The notes under the pieces are model-generated. The model saw nothing but the letters and a program-made list of their open reading frames with translations, was not told where the DNA came from and searched no databases. The translations under genes were made by a program, and so were the position numbers. This document shows positions 1 through 12,000 of a DNA stretch of 64,000 nucleotides, piece by piece; the stretch's first letter is position 1; each line of letters starts with the position of its first letter. Source of the DNA: Balanoglossus misakiensis. Taxonomy: Eukaryota > Animalia > Hemichordata. Location: assembly GCA_040954595.2 (NCBI GenBank), contig CM082580.2:9774390-9838389 (forward strand), written 5' to 3'.

Positions 1-256
1 GCTTTGAGCTCTGTATTTTAGAAAATTTTCTTACGTGGGAGGGGGACACCCCCTCCCAAACCCACCCCCTTCAATTCTCGGTTTACAAAGTCTCCCAACA
101 CAGAATACAAATATATGTACTTAAAAAATACAAACAATGTTCAGTTTTAATACCCACTGATGAGGGGAAACATCACATTCAAATTCTTTTCATGGGAGCG
201 CTGTTTTTCTTTTTACAAGATAGATAGGTGATGTGTTTTGCTCTGTGAAAGACAAT

Positions 257-401
257 GGGGGGGATTTCAAAATTTTGGCAGTTCGGAAGGGGGGGATTTG
301 AAAATATTGGCAGTTCGGAAGGGGGGCATGTGAAAATTAGCGGTAAAAAAAATTGAATTCTCCCGCCCCCCCCTCCAGAGGTGTTTGTGAATGCAGCCTT
401 A
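257..401. repeat. G-run-rich repeat: two and a bit copies of a ~32-bp unit followed by a possible DNA-transposon/MITE terminus
   Basis: The unit GGGGGGATTT(C/G)AAAAT(T/A)TTGGCAGTTCGGAAG is tandemly repeated at ~257-330. The block ends ...GAGGTGTTTGTGAATGCAGCCTTA, which looks like an element end, but I see no matching opposite terminus. Confidence 0.35.
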
Positions 402-800
402 CCAAGTTATATGTACGTTGAACTGGGACAGAAACTCTTTTATCTGAATAAAATATAGAAGATTGTTGTATTTATGAAAACACGAGCTTTGAATTACTCA
501 ACATTCATAACGTAGAGGCTCAAAAATCGTTGGATGTTGTACTTGTAGTAGTGTACAACTACAACATCAGTTCGTGGTGTTCTTCAGGTTGGGCGTAAAA
601 TCGAAACAACTGGTAGGAATCAATCATCATGTACTATTCTAAGTTGGCAGTACAAAAGCTATCATACATGTGTAGGACTGTCACAATGTCCGCACCGGTC
701 TCTGTGCGTGTGTGTTTGCACCCTGACCACCGCATGTGAAAAACGCCCCTCTGTGGAGTAAAGTAGTTTATATACTTAGAATTTCGCTTGAACAGTCAGA

Positions 801-872
801 TCCTCGATAGTATAGTGGTGAGTATCTCCGCCTGTCACGCGGAAGACCGGGGTTCAATTCCCCGTCGGGGAG
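801..872 (+). tRNA. tRNA-Asp-GTC: tRNA-Asp (anticodon GTC), intronless
   Basis: 72 nt, TCCTCGATAGTATAGTGGTGAGTATCTCCGCCTGTCACGCGGAAGACCGGGGTTCAATTCCCCGTCGGGGAG. Acceptor stem TCCTCGA/TCGGGGA, anticodon stem TCCGC/GCGGA around loop CTGTCAC, T-loop GGTTCAATTCC (B box). A T8 Pol III terminator follows at 875-882. Confidence 0.97.
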
Positions 873-1483
873 GATTTTTTTTGTCTTAAACAATAATCGT
901 CTTTTTTCTTCTTTCCTACTTACATATTGCTTACAGATGAATTTAAAGTTTCTGCTATATTTTTATAACCACATCTCCATTGGTATGTTTGAAAAAATGT
1001 AAAGTAATTATGGTACATACGATTGATTGGCTGAGACACATATAGAGTCAATGAACAGTGTTTTATTTACAAATGCACATATATACACAAGCTTCCTCAT
1101 GAATTATGAAAATTATACATCAATAAACTGTTACAATGGCGAAACTATAAGTTGCAAGGTGTGGCAAAGAAACTATGGAAATAATGCAAAACAGTTACTT
1201 TGTGGCATGACATGATCTTTGGCAAACCTCTTGCAAGAACCAAAACGAACAAAATATATTAAATGGCAGAACCCTACTATTACGTACACTGAACTAACAA
1301 AACCATGCAACATGCAGAATGTACTATTATGTAGATATGAAATATATAATTTTTGACATAATGATGTAAATGCCATCATGTGATTTCCCTGGTCAGCCAT
1401 ATTTGAATTTTGTGTACATCTACATTGAAATCAGGATTATTTAATGATTTCTTGGTAAAAAAATTCACAATATTCAGTGTTTA

Positions 1484-3544
1484 TTACAAACACAGTGTAC
1501 ACCTGAGGAACTGAAATAGAAGAGAAAGACAAAGTGAGATTTGATTATATGTATTTGCTTCTGTGTTTCTGTAGAATCATTCACGGTACACGAAGTTATC
1601 ATCATTGCATTTGCCTCATTAAAATAATTAAATGTTTCACATAACCAGATATACTCTCCTTTACTACAACCCACTCCCTGTTATGAGTTCATTCAAAACT
1701 TTCTTTGGTTGGAACTGTTGATATAAATGGCATATCAAAGAGTTCGTGTAAACAAAAGAAATATCAGTTTGAATCTATAGAGGGCGGTACTTACATCATC
1801 ATATTGAAATGTGGCTGTCCCATTCTTCATTTGATCTCTTCGTTGAAATGCATCTGTAAATTCAGGTATTAAACGAAAAAAATCATTGAACATGAATTAC
1901 ATGATATATTCAAAAATACACACAGAGAACATCATAATTCTGCATCATAATTCTGTCTAAAAAGCATACATACCTGAGAGAGCTCGGAGTCGTACACACA
2001 AGGCAACAAAATCATCAAATGTGATGTGGCCACCAGCTTTGGCATATCTTTTTAACAGAACGTGGAATGCCTGTGGACTGAGATTGTAACCTGGAGATAA
2101 AAATGTAAATGCAGCTTTCAAACCCATTTGTAACATATTAAACATAGTGCAGTACTGAACCATTTCCTTGTTAGTAAAGGGTTTCTAATAAAATCTGCGT
2201 GAAATACAATGACATTAAAAGTTGGTAGGAATACACCAATTCTGCTCCTTACCGAAGCTTCTGACAACAGCCGCCAACTCATTGGCGTCCATCGTTCCGG
2301 ATCTGTCCCTGTCAAAGTTGACAAAAGTCTGCTTCCATTGACTCAAACATGCCCATAATTCCTTGAATTCGTTGAATCCCATTTTACCAGTGAAATCACG
2401 CTGGATAACAAGAGTTAAGGAATACTAGCAAAATAGTCAGTAATGGAGTTAATCTCCCTCTTCATATTTATACATCTGTACATATGGTACTTCTCAGTTT
2501 TCTGTCACTAACCACACCATACCAATATACTTTACCAGTACTCTGTGCATAACATACTTATCACTGTCAGCCAATAAAGGATACATCCAACATGGTTATC
2601 ATAACACGGCACGTTTCTAAACTGAACGCTATACAGAAAAGAAACCATAGTAATGAATAGATTAATAGACTCCATTCAAAGAGACAGAACACTTTATAAT
2701 TTAATCAGTTTAACCCTTTCCACTACCAGTGATCAGTGCTTTTGCAGCAATACCATGAAAATGAATATAGTTCAGTTACTACTTTGAGGCAAAATTATAA
2801 TACTTACGAGCAAAACTACCGTGGAAATTGGCTCTTGTTAGACAGGCTTGCAGTTCAGTGGCTTCAAGTTGCCGATCCTGTGATCAAAGGTCATACAACA
2901 GCACATAAAGCAATGCTTATACCTTGAATAATCTTCTTCTTTTTCGATCATCATGAAATACTCAGCTTGTCAAAACATCCCACAGGGTGAAAAGCGAAGT
3001 TTGACGCGCTAATAATGTGATCTTAGTAATGATACCATTAGTCTACTTTAATATAAATTTTAAATGGTCCATTAAGCTTAAATTGTTGCACATTTGTGGG
3101 TACAAATTATGCACAATGTTGCAATAGTACAAAGCGCCTAACTCAAACAGTTGGTTCAATGGGAGATACACTCACCGGTCCAGCTACGGATGAGAAATAA
3201 TTCCACAGTGGATCTACATTTCCTTGGTACTGGGGGTACTGAGGGTAGTTTATAAACTGTGAATAATAAGATTTTCAAACATACTGTTTTTATTGATTGT
3301 GTTGCGAACGAGTTCCTAGATTCTGTCGTCAGTGTAAATGAACCGGGTGACTTGCATAGCAACAAGGCATCTACGCTATGCGAAACGGACATTCGTACCG
3401 CGACAGTCATTACACAGTATTGCGGAGCAAGATCGCAACTTGAGAGACAGCTAAGACATTGTCCAGACCACTATCTGATGCGATTCTCGCATCAAAATCG
3501 ATAATTTATACTCGTTTTACCTGAATGTTCACGTGCGTCGCCAT
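1484..3544 (-). CDS. SRI: Sorcin/grancalcin-like penta-EF-hand protein, paralog B (189 aa, 8 coding exons)
   Basis: Exons 3544-3521, 3256-3176, 2877-2808, 2628-2585, 2400-2253, 2090-1974, 1853-1795, 1510-1484 total 570 nt with consistent phases. Translation: MATHVNIQFINYPQYPQYQGNVDPLWNYFSSVAGP-DRQLEATELQACL...[30 protein letters not shown]...FDRDRSGTMDANEL...[45 protein letters not shown]. The 24-nt first exon is the least certain. Orthology to SRI versus GCA is unresolved. Confidence 0.9.
2401..2584 (-). other. U12-type (minor spliceosome) GT-AG intron in sorcin paralog B
   Basis: Donor GTATCCTTT. Branch site TTCCTTAAC (2422-2414) followed by 13 nt ending in CAG, with no extended polypyrimidine tract. 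Confidence 0.92.
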
Positions 3545-4614
3545 AGTTGTTATTGTTGTTAAAATAGTCAATGGTGATCCAGAGGTCTGACACGTTTGAA
3601 TAGCGCCCTCAAGAAGGCGACGAACAGAAGATCATATCGAAAGAAAATACTTTAGTAAGTTGAAAGGAAAGAGACTTTAATTGGCTTTCATTTAATTCAT
3701 GATTCCATTACAAGTGAATATGATAATTTAGTGATCCATAGTGATGTGCAGCTTGTTAATTTGGCAGTTAAAGTACTCTAAGTCAAATCTTAATCATTTG
3801 TAAAATTGCACCTTAATATTCAACTAACTAGTAGGGTGAGAAACATATAGAATTAGTGATATCAAACTGAATTGTTAATATTAAAAACTGTCAAGAAATT
3901 AAGAGTGGTGTATTTTCTAAATGTAAAAGACAAGCAAAGTTATTGTGGACAGTATAAAAACTTAACACTATAAAGTCGACTTTGTGTTTGTGACATCATT
4001 TCTCTTCCTTGAAGCGAGCAGTCCCAGTAATGCTAACTTTGGACAATTTTTACCTACGAAAATTGTCAGTTTTTTCCATACATTCATGGTTGAATGTTGT
4101 TCAATGAAGAACTAAGTGTACTGCTGTAGAGACATACAAGTTTTAAATATTGACCAACCCAACCCAAACGCTGTACCATATTTGAGTATTTTTTTTATCA
4201 ATGCAACGCCAATATGTACAGAATTTTCATTATGCTACAAAACAGACTTGTGTCTGTCCTAGTAGTGAAAGACATGCAAGAAGGCACTTGAAAAATATTA
4301 ACCTCAACCTAAAATAGTCAGCCTTTTAAGAGCCATACACCAAGTACAAATGTACAAACATTGACAAAATAATACTCTGAGTAACTAGGAAAACTACTTG
4401 AGTTGCAGAAAGAAAATACGGCAGTACCAATTTGGTTTTGTAGCTAAAACTCTTCTTTTTGAAATGACAAATCTAAGACCGATGTATGGATATAAATGTA
4501 CTAATAAAGTAAGAAAAGCATGCAAAATAAATGTGAAGAAACAGTTTGAAGTGCGCTTGATCGTAGAATCCTACACTGATGAAAGGGTCACCTCTGTACA
4601 CGGGTGTACTGTTC

Positions 4615-6608
4615 TTACAAATACATGGAGACTTGTATGAACTGTAATACAAAAAAGACAAAAGAGAGAGAGAGTGTTTGAGAACTGTACTGAAATCTTC
4701 GCCCCAGCTATACACCATCCTGAGCCAGTACTTGGACAAAAGAATGTGGAACATTTTACCTGTAGAGGGCAGTATACTTACGTCATCGTATTGGAAATTG
4801 GCTGTTCCTGCGTGTGTAACATCTCTCCTGCGGAATTGATCTATGAGAAAAAAAAATGTATTCAAATATAGGATGAGAATAGTGGTGATGGACATGAAAG
4901 ATGTACATGTATCAGTGTTGAATTTTAATGGGCTTCTCGTGTTTGAAAACTTTCAGTGGGCGGACATTCTTTCCAGTGTCAGAATGAAGGCGGGGCTTTA
5001 CCTGTCAAGCCTCTCAGACGAACACATAATGCCACAAAATCATCAAAGCAGATCCGGTCATTGATGGAGTACCTCTTCATCAAAATACCCACAGCATTTG
5101 GACTCAGATTATATCCTGCAAAAAAATTAAAAACCCACATAAATAAATCATAATAGTTTGACTTAATTGACTGTTGTTGATAGAAGGCCAGAACCCTGGC
5201 ATAACTGACCAGATTTCGCCAGGCATTTTTACCTAAGTTCCTTTTCTCCAGGCATTTTTTTTTACCTTGGTTCCATTTGGAATACCAATGCAGTCACGTT
5301 ACAGTGCAGTATTCTGGTTTTCTGACCTGGGGATGAGATATGCTGCGTATATGCTGCGTCCTATCATTACTTACCAAATGCCACCAAAGCTTGGTGAAGT
5401 TCATGTCCTTCCACAGTACCCGATCTGTCCCTGTCATATTGCATAAATGTGGTCTTCCATTGGTTCAAAGCTGCCCAGAGTTCTTTGAACTCATTGAATC
5501 CCATTTTGCCGCTGTAATCGCGCTGTATGCATTTGTTAAGTTATATACCCACTTCTAAAGTTAACATGGTGCAGATTCAGTTCACACTTGGAAAACAAGG
5601 TGCAAAGAGTCAACAAACGGTTATGATTGATAACTTATGCTTGACATTCTCTGTCAGCCAATTAAAAGGATACGTCCAGCATGCTGATCATGATACGACA
5701 GGTTTCCAGGTTGAAAGCTATGGTGCAAACAAAAAGATTATTGTCATGGTACCAGGTCAACAAGGGGATATATCCCATACTAGTATCTATCATTTATAGC
5801 TGTGCAACAGTCATATACACAAAATCAGCCGGAACTTTGCAAATGCCATTTTGTACTGGCATACAGTTTTCACACATACACTTTAAGAGAAAAAAAATCT
5901 CGCCAGAAATCGCCCACACATAAGAGGAAATTGACTGAGCAAAGTTCCTTGAATGGCATTTTGCTCAGGTAATTTCTCTTCTGTGCATTTACCCCACAAT
6001 ACCAGGCAAGAGTACTTACGCTGGTAGCTTCCACTAATTCCAGAAGTTGTGAGGCATTGCTGCAGTTCCTTAGCATCAATCTGACCATCCTGTGTGGAAA
6101 AAAAACATCACTTTAGAGTCGCCATGGTAACAGAAAATCGGAAGCACATTAAGCCAGCCTGTCAAATAATCTATCAATATAAAGTGTAAAACAACCAAAA
6201 TAATGCAAAAAGCTTAGCATATTGTCCCTTTAAAAGTTAAGGTTGTGAATATCTACATCACACTGAAAACCACATTTGAATCACGGTAGGAGCGAAATGT
6301 ACCAAATATTATTGACATGATCAACCTTAGCCTTGACAAGATCAGATCGGTCCTAGTGACAAGTCTAACCCCGTGTTCTGGAGCCCGAGGTCACAGTCCC
6401 TCTATCACCAGATAGAGGGACTGTTGTCCAGGTCAACCCTTCTCTAGGCGAAACACTTTCTCGGACGTACGATAAATGAAAATTGTATTATTCTACTTAC
6501 AGCTCCGGCAACGGTTGAAAAATAAGGCCACAGTGGATCAACTGCTGGAGGAGCACCCGGGTACATTCCTGGTTGTCCAGGGTATCCGACTTGACCAGGA
6601 TATGCCAT
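4615..6608 (-). CDS. SRI: Sorcin-like penta-EF-hand protein, paralog A (189 aa, 7 coding exons)
   Basis: Exons 6608-6501, 6089-6020, 5717-5674, 5522-5375, 5115-5002, 4840-4782, 4641-4615 total 570 nt in frame. Gly/Pro/Tyr-rich N-terminus MAYPGQVGYPGQPGMYPGAPPAVDPLWPYF, then [94 protein letters not shown]. This matches the sorcin family throughout. Confidence 0.95.
5523..5673 (-). other. U12-type GT-AG intron in sorcin paralog A (same position as in paralog B)
   Basis: Donor GTATCCTTTT. Weaker branch site TAACTTAAC (5543-5535) followed by 12 nt ending in CAG. Confidence 0.85.
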
Positions 6609-6689
6609 TATTTCTGTTGCAAAATTTTGTTTGATGATGTACTTTATCTGACGACGAGTTGTACCACCCTGCACTTCCTATTTCCCCAA

Positions 6690-6709
6690 TGACCTTTGAC
6701 CTAAGGTCA
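6690..6709. promoter_or_regulatory. Perfect nuclear-receptor DR1 element plus a third half-site, upstream of sorcin A
   Basis: TGACCTTTGACCT (AGGTCA-A-AGGTCA on the minus strand) directly followed by AAGGTCA, about 80 bp upstream of the ATG at 6608. Confidence 0.4.
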
Positions 6710-7008
6710 TTGATTCATGCTAGTGCGCCCTCACCGAGTCACAAGACAAAAAAACAAACTTACAGCCATCCCCACAACTGTCCCTGAAAAAGGGACGTCG
6801 ACAGTTACTGAAAATTGTTCTCACTCTACACCCCATATCATGCTAAAATACCTAGTATTTTGCCTGGACTTGACTGTATACCTTTAAGAAGGCAGCCACC
6901 CCAAGAACCCCGGGCCAAGAACGTCCATCATCCATCGATCAAACACCAACTCTATCAAACATGGTCACAAAGAAAACTGAATAATGACTTCATATAAAAT
7001 TTACAACA

Positions 7009-7014
7009 TTTATT
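7009..7014 (-). terminator. Probable polyadenylation signal of DNAJB6 (3' UTR about 2 kb)
   Basis: AATAAA on the minus strand at the far end of the U-rich tract after the stop at 9068, just before the sorcin A promoter. Confidence 0.5.
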
Positions 7015-7605
7015 GCAGTTGAAAGGTTTACATATTCTTACAAAGGAGCAAAAAAAATTCTGCACATAATACATAAAATATTAAAGGAAATGAGACTATT
7101 GTCAGAATAATACTTAGATGTGTCTTTGGCTTGTACATAGTTATTCTTATATACACAGGTACATCATATGTCAGAATAATGGTCATATGTTTAGAGCTTG
7201 AACACGCAAAGACAGAGCCTTGGGTTAACTGCTAAAGTCATCATCTGTATTTTGATGAATGTTCAAGAAAATCACTTATGTTTAAAATGAGACCAAGTAC
7301 ATACATGGAAAATGCAAATATTTGGGAGTGAGATTTGACAAAAAGAAAAAAACATCGGGAGAAAGAAATCTTTGGGTGTACATGTCAGTTTACACTTTGT
7401 AATATTAACTGGAAATAATACCATAATATGCACGTATCATAAAATATTAAGCTGCCCTGATGTGTCTGTACACATCATTTCCGCATAATTTTGTTCTCTT
7501 ACAGTGTTAATAGTCTCTAAGCAAAGTATTTCTAACTTGAAGGCCATATTGTTTTTTGAAGATTACAATTGTAACAGCATTGCCTCCTTGGATTTCAACA
7601 CCTCA

Positions 7606-7698
7606 CTAATACCTTTCACCATAATGGTTTGGTCCAAATCCACTGTTCTCTGGCAATGCTGGACCTCTACAATAGGGGGTTAATCGTGAAAGGATTAA
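7606..7698. mobile_element. Degenerate copy of the ~90-bp TTAA-ended MITE
   Basis: CCTTTCACCATAATGGTTTGGTCC...GCTGGACCTCTACA...GTGAAAGGATTAA; colinear with the copies at 8271 and 31388. Confidence 0.6.
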
Positions 7699-8270
7699 AT
7701 CTCAAAGGCAGACCAGCGGAAGTTTACTTTTATTTTCGAATAAGACATGATTATTTGCTGGTGAATATTGCAAAATATGCCTTTTTGTTACTAATTGTGT
7801 TTGATGACGCTATAAATGTCTTAAAGCGAAACTCCAAGAATCAACATGTTTTCTGAAAGGAGCTCTTGATGCTGATAAAAAAATTGTATCACAATAAACG
7901 GCAAATCAGTCAGATAATAGAAAAGGTGGGAATACTTTGAACTGAAAGCTGATAGGTGAGGCACACTTTAATAATATATATCCAACCTACAGCGATATGT
8001 GTCAAAACTTGCTCAGCACTTTGACTTCACACTTTAACATGAAATTGTAGAAACTACAGACATTATTGACAAAAGGCAACACAAAATATGGAAGATAGAT
8101 TCCATAAACACAGATCAAAATTGTATCTTTCAAACCCTGGATAATCAGGACAAATTCCAGAAGATTTCTCGTATTAAAGAGAAATGATGTTGAACTCAAA
8201 ATTCAAACACAAAGACAGAACAATTATTTGTTTATATCGTCAAAATGTAAGCTGATTTATGCCGTCCTTC

Positions 8271-8364
8271 TTAACCCCTTGCACCACCATGGTTTGGTCC
8301 ATTGCCATTGGTTTTGATAAAGTAGCTGGACCTTCACAATCAGACATGGGGGTGGAAGGGTTAA
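8271..8364. mobile_element. ~90-bp non-autonomous MITE with TTAA ends and CCC...GGG termini (piggyBac-like)
   Basis: TTAACCCCTTGCACCACCATG ... CATGGGGGTGGAAGGGTTAA: imperfect terminal inverted repeats bounded by TTAA on both sides. Confidence 0.7.
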
Positions 8365-9067
8365 GAGAGATGCAGCCTGGTAAATCGCTGGGCTTCCCTG
8401 TGTCATGTAGACTGACCCAGGACATGAGATTAAACTGGCTCATACCATATATTCAGAGAAAACCAACGACAGACAGGTCAGCCTCATAAGGTTATCAACT
8501 TCCGACTATTAAAAGCGTGAACATAAATCATGGTACAAATATCCCTTTCTGATGAAAAATAACCAGAAATGCCAGTTTATGTACACGATGAATGAAATGT
8601 TTCCTCTTGTGCTCTATTGGAATAATATATACGGCAGAAACCATACCCAGAAAAGTAGGCAGCAAGTAAGGCTTTCCAAGACTGTTTTAAATTGCTAATA
8701 ATATACAGTGTGTTGCAGTTTTAAACAGAGAAAAAAAAACTTTGGTGAGTTTTGGGGAGCGTTCTAGCCTTTCCCTCATTTGTTTCGATAATTACTGACT
8801 CTAACGTATTTTTGTCAAGATAAAAATGACGACATGGTATTACCGATTCTGTTGCACACGATTTTGCCCCCACAACTCTATGTACATTCTACATCTTTCT
8901 CGCAGAATGAATGCGGGGTGGCAAGGTGGTCTAGTTTTTAAAAAAAAATTAAAGTAAAAGCGGTTAATTACTTTTCAGTCTTAAATTAAGTTACTGGGTC
9001 TCTATTGACAGTGTGTCCATGGCTGTTTCACTCATTCATTCATTCAGTCACTCACTCACTCACTCGT

Positions 9068-12000
9068 TCACTGACTGACATAATCCAACTGTGGTACACC
9101 ATCTACTGTGAGTGACTTCAAGACGTCGTCTTCATAAACTTCAACAGATTCTTGGCCGTTTTCGAAAACCCTGTATGGAGAAAACATCACACATTTTAGG
9201 AAAACGGAATGATTGATTCACCACTTTGAGTGAGAAGGCACTCGGAATATCTCCAAGATGGGGTATGGAGATGAGATGAGATGAGAACCAGCTGACAGGG
9301 AAGGTACTGCCAGAGATGTGAACTTACTTTTTTGTCGTCACTTTCTTGCCGTTGATAATTTTTGTTGTTGTCGACGTCCTCTTCACATTTCCCGCTCCCG
9401 TACTGAAACTTGAACTGGACGAAAAACCGGTGAAACTGAAAAACAAAGAATGCAACATGACAGCACATTTTAAGAACATGTCGAAGAAATTGTTCCACTA
9501 CATCACAATATTTTATTACCATATAAATGTACATGTATTTCATACGACAGACTAAGAAAAATACTTGTTTAATACAAGGCAAGGCAGTTGTGTGTAGGGT
9601 CCCCATTGGTATACATCAACGCAGTCAAACTAATGGCTAGTGAAAGTGTTGCCATGGTTCCTAAATCATTTCCCAATGTTGCCCAACCCATCCTTCGCAA
9701 CAACACCAAAAGTAAATGCCACAGTTGAGCCTGTGCTTGTGTCCCTGGCTTTTCAAGGAGCAGCTAGAACACCAGCAAAGCTGCCAGGTGAATAATCCTG
9801 CTTGGAACTACGACCAAAATATGGACACCTCTCAAAGAATGAATGTCATCCGTCTGGTTACGGACACTGGTGGGAAGCAGGTTGGAAAGACTTACCCCGA
9901 ACCAAAGCCACCAGTGTCAAAGGAATGAACGATCTGATGGCGTGATCCACTATAGATTTGTTTAGAAAGAACAAGATGGGATGAAAGAACATGGAAAGGC
10001 GTTTAAAACATGGCAACTTAGGTATGTAAAACATAGGTATGTAAAACATAGGTATGTAAAGCATAGCAAAGTGCTTAGTGGAGAACAAATAGTGATGACC
10101 AGCAGGTATCTTGGGGGCTGTACCATTCATGAGTGGGGGTGCTTTTCTGTAGGACTTCATACACGACAATTGAGTTCATGGCTGAAAACATCATTGCAGA
10201 GAAATCATGCAACATTGAAACAGAAGGAAAAGAAACAGATCTTGCCAAAGTGCAGTGCAACAGCTAGGGGGTCATAGCCTCATCCGACTACCTTCACAAC
10301 ACAAATGCATGCAGGAGTAATAAACAACAACAGAATAAATTAATTATAACAGGGAGAGAGGGGAAGGGCTAAAGATAAGCAATCTGATCAACCTAATAGC
10401 ATTCAAAACAAAACTAGGCATACACGAGGAGACACAAACACCGTTACAACGCACATCATCTCATTCAAATTCGAGTGGGGAATACCTTTTCATTCTACGC
10501 TTCATGTGCATGGGGGTATTGTGGAAACAGGCACACAACAGAGAAGGGAACAGAAGGGAACTTTGCAATTCCAGCAAAACAGATATATGAGGAGGCTTAC
10601 CCCGGGTTTGGAAATCCACCGTTAAATGAAGTAAAAGGTGTCAAACTATATACAGCAGAAATATGGCAAGATAGGAAAAGAACAGAAATCAATGAATAAT
10701 ACATAATAGCACGTTATAGTGCTCCAACAACAACAGTCTATGAAATTCCATGAAGAAAGAAAAGTGACACTATATGTCTAGTGCACTTATCAGGAGTAAG
10801 GGGTTTTGTAGAGAAAAGAAGCTGAGGCTTGCAGGTGCAAGGGGAGCCCAGATATGCAGACAGGTCAGGTCTCTGCTCCAAGTGACACACTGTTAAATTT
10901 GACACTGTGGAAACACTGCATTCATAGCAAGTGAGGTAATGTTTTGTTCTGCCACAGGCTTGGCAACTATGCAATACACAGCTACTGAGTAATGTAACCA
11001 GACACTGTCAGCACTGTGTGTACGGTAGATCATGACAAGGACCCAAAATATCTGGGATTGTCTAGCTAAAAGCCATGCAAAGCATCTCTTATTTCACAAG
11101 AAGACATCTGCAATGATAAGAATAGTTCTACTCTCTCGTGTGTACCGGTATGTTCGATAGTACATGTAGTTGCCCTTGAAGTCAGTAAGCTTCACCACTG
11201 GTGCCAGAAAACTCTTCACATTGCATGCAAAGGTGTAATGCTGATGTACAGAAAATTCCACTATTCCACTAGGTTTGTTAGAAGCCACATTGCTGGATAG
11301 TGACAGCGAGTTTTTTTGCTGCAGCAGTATCACATTCACATTCTATCAAGTTTTTTTTCTGTGAGACTGGAAGCATGCCTGGAGTTCAAATTTATAACAT
11401 TTCACAGTTGATATCAATGTTTTCCCCTCTGCATAGCTTTTCGGGTGTGTAACAGGATCTGTCTGTCAAGGGGTGACTTTACCATGTTCACACATGTATT
11501 TAAAGGCCCATTAACTTTGATGGCTTTTTTCAGAGTTTCTGTTGTGAGTGTCATCTCTACTTTCTTGGTGTACTCAATGCATTTTCTATACTACCCATCA
11601 TTCCACTTGTCAACACAGTCCACCCCAGTACTTAGTAGTACTTGATCACCAGCAACTTGCTTTGAAAGCACACAAAGGTATCACCACCCATAAATACTGC
11701 TTGTACATGTACTTACTCATTTGCTCCAAAGGGATCCGAGAATGAACTAAACGTCTGGAAACCCCCAAACCCAGGAAACCCACTGCTGAAGGAACTTTGA
11801 AACAGCGACGACCCGTGACCTCTGTGCCCTGATCCTCTTCTTGTGTCTAGAAAAACAGAATGTGCCAAATGTTAGAATGATACATGTCAGGGTGGTGTGT
11901 TCACTTTTCATTACAGATATCAATAAATTTATGACTGAAAACATTCTTTAATGGGGCCATCAATAGTTAAAACATGTGCGTGTATCAACCAAATTTCCCT

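Noticed and set aside
7015-9067. Extra exons for a long DNAJB6a-type or UIM-containing C-terminus
   Set aside because: I found no in-frame exon with credible splice sites downstream of the stop; the region reads as 3' UTR with MITE insertions.
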